From contig CAWGJT010000009.1 of NCBI GenBank assembly GCA_963822965.1, forward strand, positions 236,056-300,055: a DNA stretch of 64,000 nucleotides. The letters are read 5' to 3'. Below, one piece after another: positions 58,353 through 64,000 of this stretch. Every line of letters begins with the position of its first letter. Position 1 is the first letter of the stretch. The translations under genes and the position numbers were made by a program. Under the pieces are notes generated by a model. The model searched no databases. It was not told the origin of the DNA and was given only the letters and a program-made list of their open reading frames with translations. This DNA is from an uncultured delta proteobacterium (GTDB lineage: Bacteria; Myxococcota_A; UBA9160; UBA4427).

Positions 58353-59314
58353 GCCGGCTGCAGCAGATCGTGCGATGGATCGCGCCGTTCGCCATCACGG
58401 TGGGCGCCCTCGGCTTCGTGTTCCACCGCATCGGCATCCGCGCCGTCGCCGAGCGGCTCACCGCCGACGCCATGCTGGTGATGGTGCCGGCGCTGCTGGT
58501 CTTCGGCGTGGTGGCGCTCGCCATCGAGGCCGAGTGCCTCGTGCGCCTGCTGCCGGCCTCGCGGGACGTCTTCGACCGCGCGACCGCCGCCCGCATCAAG
58601 GCGGCCAGCTATCCCCTCTCCCTGGTCCACTATGCGATCGGCGCGGGCGCCCTGGCTGTCCTCCTGAGCCGACGCACCGGCCGCGGCGTGGCCGACGCGG
58701 CGGGCGTGGTGGGACTCATCTCGCTCTTCGACATCGGCATCCAGCTCGTCATGCTGATCCTGGGGCTGGCGGCCCTGGGCAGCGCCGCCCCCGCGGTGCG
58801 CATGGGCCTGGCCTTCGCGATCGTCGCCGCCATCGCCGTGGGCTTCGTGGGCCTGCGCATGTCGATTCCGCTCGGGCCCTTCGACCGCGTGCGCAACCTC
58901 TCCATCTTCGAGGCCACGCGCACCACGCCGCTGTCGCGCCTGGCGGTGCTCGGCGTGCTGCGGGTCGTCTTCGCCCTGTGCTTCGTGTCGGTGATCGGGG
59001 TGTGCTGCCTCGCCTTCGGGCTGCACGTGCCGTGGCCCTTCCTGCTGGCGAGCGTGCCCATCCTGATCGTGGTGGCGATGATCCCCTCGGTGGCGGGCCT
59101 TGGCACGGGCCAGGTGGCCTTCGTCCAGATCTTCGGCCGCTTCGGCGACGACGAGACCCTGCTCGCCTGCAGCCTCGCCTTCTCCACCGGGATGATCGTG
59201 CTGCGCGCGGGCATGGGGCTGCTCTTCGCCCGGGAGTTCACCCGGGAGGCCATCGGCGCCGCCCGCTCCGACGCCAAAGACGAGCCCGCGGCCTGCGCCG
59301 AGGAGACGGCGTGA
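58349..59314 (+). CDS. lysylphosphatidylglycerol-synthase TM domain / flippase-like membrane protein
   Basis: GTGA overlap; about 8 TM; MIPSVAGLGTGQ. Confidence 0.7.
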   Translation: MSRLQQIVRWIAPFAITVGALGFVFHRIGIRAVAERLTADAMLVMVPALLVFGVVALAIEAECLVRLLPASRDVFDRATAARIKAASYPLSLVHYAIGAGALAVLLSRRTGRGVADAAGVVGLISLFDIGIQLVMLILGLAALGSAAPAVRMGLAFAIVAAIAVGFVGLRMSIPLGPFDRVRNLSIFEATRTTPLSRLAVLGVLRVVFALCFVSVIGVCCLAFGLHVPWPFLLASVPILIVVAMIPSVAGLGTGQVAFVQIFGRFGDDETLLACSLAFSTGMIVLRAGMGLLFAREFTREAIGAARSDAKDEPAACAEETA

Positions 59315-60096
59315 GCGACGTGCTCCTCACCGGAGAACGCCTGCAGCCGGGAAGCGAGCTCTTCGGCGTCGACCTCGCCCGTCACCGCGCCGCCTACGTC
59401 TACGCGAACCTGAACGCCCGGGGCGCCCGGCTGCTGGACCTGGGCTGCGGCACCGGCTACGGCACCGCCGAGCTGTCCGACTCCGTCAGCACGAAGATCG
59501 GCGTCTTCGGCCTCGACCGCGTGAAGCCCGCGGCCACGTCGCGCCGCCCCAACGCGAGCTTCGTGCGCGCCGACCTCCACGGCATCCCGCTGCGGGACGC
59601 CACCTTCTCGACGATCGTGAGCTTCCAGGTGATCGAGCACCTGAAGGATCCCGCCCCCTACCTCCGCGCCATCGCCCGCCTGCTGGCCCCCGACGGAACC
59701 GCCTATCTCACGACCCCGAACGTCCTCACCTCGGACGGCGTGAACCCCTGGCACGTCCACGAGTACGAGGCCGGCGAGCTGCGCAGGCTCCTCCTAGAAC
59801 ACTTCGCCGAGGTGGAGATGCTGGGCGTCCGCCCGGGCCCCCGTGTGGCCCCCTACTTCGAAGCGCGCCTCGCCCGCATCCGCCGCATCATGCGCATCGA
59901 CCCCCTGGGCCTGCGCAACCTGCTGCCGCGGAACGTCGTCGACTGGCTCTTCGCCCGCTTCGCGTTGCTGGTGCGCCGGGGCATCGCGGAGGACGAGGGC
60001 CTGCCCGAGGCCGGCGTCGAGGACTTCCCGATCGGCCCCGCGAGCCCGGAGGACCTCGACCTGCTGGCGGTGTGCCGGAAGCCGCGGCCCGGTTGA
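59311..60096 (+). CDS. class I SAM-dependent methyltransferase
   Basis: LTGER, LDLGCGTGYG, SFQVIEH, TPN, NPWHVHEY. Confidence 0.9.
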   Translation: MSDVLLTGERLQPGSELFGVDLARHRAAYVYANLNARGARLLDLGCGTGYGTAELSDSVSTKIGVFGLDRVKPAATSRRPNASFVRADLHGIPLRDATFSTIVSFQVIEHLKDPAPYLRAIARLLAPDGTAYLTTPNVLTSDGVNPWHVHEYEAGELRRLLLEHFAEVEMLGVRPGPRVAPYFEARLARIRRIMRIDPLGLRNLLPRNVVDWLFARFALLVRRGIAEDEGLPEAGVEDFPIGPASPEDLDLLAVCRKPRPG

Positions 60097-60106
60097 TGCG
60101 CCCGGT

Positions 60107-61954
60107 CTACACGACGCGATCCCCCGACCGGTAGCGGGCCAGCGGCTCGTGCCCCGCTCGCACGCCCAGCTCGAAGACCAGCCGGTCCGGCGCGCACCCG
60201 CCCACCGTCACCGTCCCCTCGTGGACACCGCGCAGATGGTGGCACGCGCACATCGTCGTCAGGTTCCACGGCTCGTCGCCTCCCCCCTGCGAGCGGAACC
60301 GGATGTGGTGGACGTGCAGGTTGCGGCGCGCCGTGCAGCCCGGAACCGTGCAGCGCCAGCCGTCACGCTCGAACACCCCGAAGCGCACGCGGCCGAGCTG
60401 GCGGCGCAGCTGCCGCTCGTCGACCCCCCAGCTCTCCAGCGCGTGGTCGACCATCGCCTCGAAGGCCTCTCCTTCGTCTGGCAGCCGGCCCGTATCGGAC
60501 TCGACCGCGCGCCGTACCGTGCACAGCGTCGCGCGAAACAGCCGCGCGACGTCGGCCGCCACGACGATCCCGAGCCTCGCCGAGTCGTAGGGTCCGATTT
60601 CCTCCCCTGGTCGCGCTGTTCGCGCACACGTTTGCTCGCCGGTCTCCGGCCGATCCCCGTCGTCCCACCTCGCCGGCGCGAAGAAGTCCGGATCTGCGCG
60701 ATGCTCCTCGAACGCCCCGTCCGTGTCGCGTGCCAGGCGCGCCCGTGCGACCGTCTCCTTCAGGGCCCGCACCGTCACGGTCTTCGCGAAGCGCACCCAG
60801 GCGGCGCGCCAGTCGGTGCCTGACGGGCCCTCGGGCCGGCCCGCGAGCAGTGGCGCCAGGGTCTGCACCTGCGCGTACGAGAGCGTCCCGTCGCGGAATC
60901 CGTCGCGCAGCGCGGGGCACACCCCGCCCAGCCGCTCCACCCGCACCAGCGCCCGCGCCTTGCTGGGCGACATTCCGAGCTCCGACGCCAGCGCGGCGAG
61001 CGAGCGGTAGCCACGCTCCCAGTCGTACCCGGCCGACGTGACTTGTCGGATCAGCGGCGCGAGCTCGGCGTCGAGGCGCTGCTCGAGGCGGATCGCGCGG
61101 CGCAGGCGGGCGTCGAGCTCGAACGGATCGGCGACGTCGACGTCTTCGAGCAGCGGGCACAGGAAGGCGGGGATCTCGGCCGACCCATCGCTCGGCGCGA
61201 CGAGCGGCCCCGCACCCACCTCGACCTCCTCGCGACCCGCGGCCTCCGCCGACCGCTCCTCGACCTCCTCCCCGTCGTCCGGGTCGCCACGCTCGAGCAT
61301 CACCGGCAGCGCCGAGAGCGTCTCGGCCGTCACCCGCTCCAGCACGTCGCCGTCGGAGAGATCCTGCCCGTCGACCTTCGCCGCGTAGCGGCAGACGTGC
61401 CGCCACTGGAAGGCCATCCGCCGCGGCACGCTCAATCGCAGCCAGACGGCCGGCTCGGACTCCCCGTCGCTCCCGTCGTCGGTCGTTCGCGCGTGCGCGA
61501 CCGTGCCGGACTCCAGCGCGCCGCGATCGACCGCCCGCAGCTCGCGCTCGAGCTGCCTCACGCACACGTTTGCCGCATACGCGATCCACTCGCGCTCTTC
61601 GTCCGCGTCGACGAAGCGCGCGATCATCCGCACCTTCGACCACGACAGCCGCCCCGACACCAGCGCCGCCTCGAGCGCCGGCAGCCCCCCCGAAAGCGCC
61701 GGCAGCCCGCCGAGCTTCTCACCCACGCGCGCCCAGTCCTGCAGCGACCGCGCGGACACGCCGAGCCGCTCGCGCGCGTAGTCGCCCAGCCGGGCGAAGC
61801 CGATCGGCGCCCACCCCTGCCGCGCGACGAAGCGCGCCGCCAGCGCCGCGACGATTCGCCGCAACGGCCCGCGCGCCCGTGCCAGCTCGCCGAGCGCCCG
61901 CTCGGGATCGTCGAACGCTCGGCCGACACGCATCGCTGTCTGTGAAGCCACCAT
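60107..61954 (-). CDS. HNH endonuclease with long DUF222-like N-terminal region
   Basis: FERDGWRCTVPGC..NLHVHHIRFRSQGG..NLTTMCACHH; two similar N-terminal modules (YARERLGVS / LASELGMS). Confidence 0.85.
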   Translation of the reverse strand: MVASQTAMRVGRAFDDPERALGELARARGPLRRIVAALAARFVARQGWAPIGFARLGDYARERLGVSARSLQDWARVGEKLGGLPALSGGLPALEAALVSGRLSWSKVRMIARFVDADEEREWIAYAANVCVRQLERELRAVDRGALESGTVAHARTTDDGSDGESEPAVWLRLSVPRRMAFQWRHVCRYAAKVDGQDLSDGDVLERVTAETLSALPVMLERGDPDDGEEVEERSAEAAGREEVEVGAGPLVAPSDGSAEIPAFLCPLLEDVDVADPFELDARLRRAIRLEQRLDAELAPLIRQVTSAGYDWERGYRSLAALASELGMSPSKARALVRVERLGGVCPALRDGFRDGTLSYAQVQTLAPLLAGRPEGPSGTDWRAAWVRFAKTVTVRALKETVARARLARDTDGAFEEHRADPDFFAPARWDDGDRPETGEQTCARTARPGEEIGPYDSARLGIVVAADVARLFRATLCTVRRAVESDTGRLPDEGEAFEAMVDHALESWGVDERQLRRQLGRVRFGVFERDGWRCTVPGCTARRNLHVHHIRFRSQGGGDEPWNLTTMCACHHLRGVHEGTVTVGGCAPDRLVFELGVRAGHEPLARYRSGDRVV

Positions 61955-62483
61955 CGCAACCGTCAGTCTGAACGACGGCAGTGACGGATGCGGTCACGAA
62001 CAGGGAATGTCGGATTGCGCAGTGCGGCGGCCGCAGGCGCCGGTGTTCTTCGACTGCACCGCGAAGCGCGCCGTGATGGTGTGGGGCTTGCTCGCGTGGC
62101 TGAGGAACTCATCGAGCCGAGAAGACATATATCTGCTCGGGGGGCGCGGTGTGCAGGAAGCGGTAAGCGGCGCCTCCAGGCGTCGCGCCACCCCTACGCG
62201 ATGGCTCCCGACCGGGTGCCCATCGAATCCCGGCGGCGTGCCGCCTGAGCATCGATCCTCGTGGATCTGTCCTTCCAGACCCCTACGACCTTCACGCGGT
62301 TGCGCGCTTCAACGGTTCGAGAGGCCGGAAGGAGCCAGAGAGGCGTCGGATTCTGCCTTCGGGACCGCCACATCGAACTCCACGCCGTTCCGGAGCAGCC
62401 GCATCGGGACCGGGTCTCCCGGTGTCGATCGCCACTGGCGCGCCGCACACACCGACCGCGGATCGGCGGGTCATGTCGCCGGT

Positions 62484-62673
62484 CTAGTGCCCTGAGTCGG
62501 AAGTTCGGCGTCGGATCTACTCGATGGAAGATCGTCTCGATCGCACCGAGGCCGCCCGTGCGGCCTGCCGACAAGGCGCGCGACGGAGGCATAACCGAGC
62601 TACGGCGACGGGAGCGCAAGGCAGCCGGCGGGTCGCACGGGCGGACGAATGCCGGCGAACTTCCGACTCAGGA
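62484..62673. mobile_element. second MITE-like element (right end eroded)
   Basis: Perfect 17-bp inverted repeats CCTGAGTCGGAAGTTCG (62491-62507) / CGAACTTCCGACTCAGG (62656-62672); CTAG at left end. Confidence 0.7.
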
Positions 62674-62742
62674 GACCGGGTGGGGTTCAGCATCCCGCCG
62701 CACGCGCCCGCGGCGGCTCCGAGCGCCTCGGCCAGGCCGGGG

Positions 62743-63531
62743 TCAGGGGCACGTGGTATCGGTGCCGCAGAGGTTCGTGCCGATCGGCGTCGCGGCGATG
62801 CCCTGGTTGCCGTCGACGGATTCGCTGGTCCCGTTGTTGGACGTGATCACGTTGCCGACGTAGCCCGCATAGAGCGGCCCGATGACGCCGTCGATGGCCA
62901 CCCCCGAATTGTTCTTGATGGTGTTGTCCCGGATCAGCGCGCCACGGGAGGCGAGGATGCCGGTGACGTTCGAGGCCGAGACGCTGCTTTCGACGATCGA
63001 GCCGGAACCGACGTAGATCCCCGACTCGGCGTTGTCGTTTGCACGGGATGCGCGAACGTGACTGCTCGTGCCGACGTAGATGCCGTCCCCACCGTTCGCG
63101 AGCGCTCGCACGTTCTCGACCTTGGAGTACGACCCCAGTTCCAGCCCCCTCGAAGGCATGTCACGAACCGTTCCGTTCCGGACCGTCAGGTTGGTGGCCC
63201 CGGAGCCGTCGATTCCCTTGCCCGAGCCGGTACCGGCACAGGGGTTGAAGATGTAGGTGCAGCGGATGGTGAAGCCGTTGAGATCGAGTGTCACGTCGCT
63301 CGCGGTGATCTGGATGATCGTCTCGTTTGCGCCCGTCGAGTAGAGATTGCCGGTGAGGATGTAGCTTCCCGGTCTGTCGATGGTGACCGGAAAGCCGGCC
63401 GTATCGCCGGGGGTGACGCCGCCCACCTGGGCGCGAACGTCGTTGATCTCGACGAGGCCGTCTACCGCCCGGGCGCCCCCGGCAGTCAAGGTCAGCAGGC
63501 AGATGATCAGCACGGGCGTGCTCGAGCGCAT
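62743..63531 (-). CDS. secreted right-handed parallel beta-helix protein
   Basis: SD AGGAG; signal peptide; GFPVTIDRPGSYILTGNL, VTLDLNGFTI, N..GI repeats. Confidence 0.85.
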   Translation of the reverse strand: MRSSTPVLIICLLTLTAGGARAVDGLVEINDVRAQVGGVTPGDTAGFPVTIDRPGSYILTGNLYSTGANETIIQITASDVTLDLNGFTIRCTYIFNPCAGTGSGKGIDGSGATNLTVRNGTVRDMPSRGLELGSYSKVENVRALANGGDGIYVGTSSHVRASRANDNAESGIYVGSGSIVESSVSASNVTGILASRGALIRDNTIKNNSGVAIDGVIGPLYAGYVGNVITSNNGTSESVDGNQGIAATPIGTNLCGTDTTCP

Positions 63532-63640
63532 GGACCGACTCCTTCCTTCTTCCGTTCAGCGCGACCGCTTCAGCCGCTTCGCTCTCGACGGACGCTTCCA
63601 AGCGACATTCTCTCGCGACCCATTGCCCTTGTGGGAAAAA

Positions 63641-64000
63641 ATGTGGTTCTGCGACCCCGGGCCGGGCTGCCGCGGGTCCCTGCCGCCACCGGGCGCCGCC
63701 CAGTACGCCTTCGTCGCCACGGTCACCGAGGTGCAGGCCGGGAGCCAGCCGGGGCAGTGGGAGCTCGACTACCAGGTGGGCCAGACGATCCAGGGGACGG
63801 TGGGCTTCGACGCCACGCTGACCCCTTCGGGCTTCACGAATTCGAGCATGACGACGAGCGTCTTCCTCCACGCGACGACGTATGCGTCCGGGATCACTCT
63901 CCCGTACGTCTCGGTGGACGCTGGCGCCGCCTATGGTCGCCCCCGCTACTCGAAGGACACCCGCACCGTGCGATCGGCCGTGAGCGTCACGCGGCACACC
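63641..64000 (+). CDS. hypothetical beta-rich protein (runs off window end; start uncertain)
   Basis: Open frame with biased codons: ...QYAFVATVTEVQAGSQPGQWELDYQVGQTIQGTVGFDAT... Confidence 0.5.
   Translation, partial: MWFCDPGPGCRGSLPPPGAAQYAFVATVTEVQAGSQPGQWELDYQVGQTIQGTVGFDATLTPSGFTNSSMTTSVFLHATTYASGITLPYVSVDAGAAYGRPRYSKDTRTVRSAVSVTRHT

Noticed and set aside
60107..61954. IscB/Cas9-like RNA-guided nuclease
   Set aside because: No PLMP or RuvC motifs seen; only a C-terminal HNH domain

Overview
GC-rich (roughly 70%), gene-dense bacterial chromosomal window. Myxococcota/deltaproteobacteria-like by inference from the tandem PilZ plus DUF4388-like protein, PEP-/IPTL-CTERM proteins and many TPR proteins. 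About 55 CDSs; no rRNA, tRNA or CRISPR array seen. Several genes, mostly in the first 22 kb, are broken by small indels that look like uncorrected long-read errors. Main blocks: (1) envelope genes, a TonB-dependent receptor and a TonB2/Ttp-type operon that lacks exbD (0.9-17.5 kb); (2) lipid/xenobiotic-type oxidative enzymes: two P450s, two Gfo/Idh/MocA oxidoreductases, enoyl-CoA hydratase, molybdopterin oxidoreductase, PhyH, sterol desaturase, alkyl sulfatase (23-47 kb); (3) a polyprenol-phosphate-sugar/GT-C glycosylation cluster (50-60 kb); (4) an HNH nuclease gene and a degraded intergenic region (60-62.7 kb). Signals not shown by the ORF track: a stand-alone GrdB/PrdB-family selenoprotein (in-frame UGA in UxxC with a SECIS-like hairpin); two related ~180-bp hairpin MITE-like elements inserted at TA in palindromic sites; sigma54 promoters before both sorting-signal genes; and a recurring leaderless TAnnnT-6..8 nt-ATG layout. 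All product calls come from motif recognition by eye; no searches were run.
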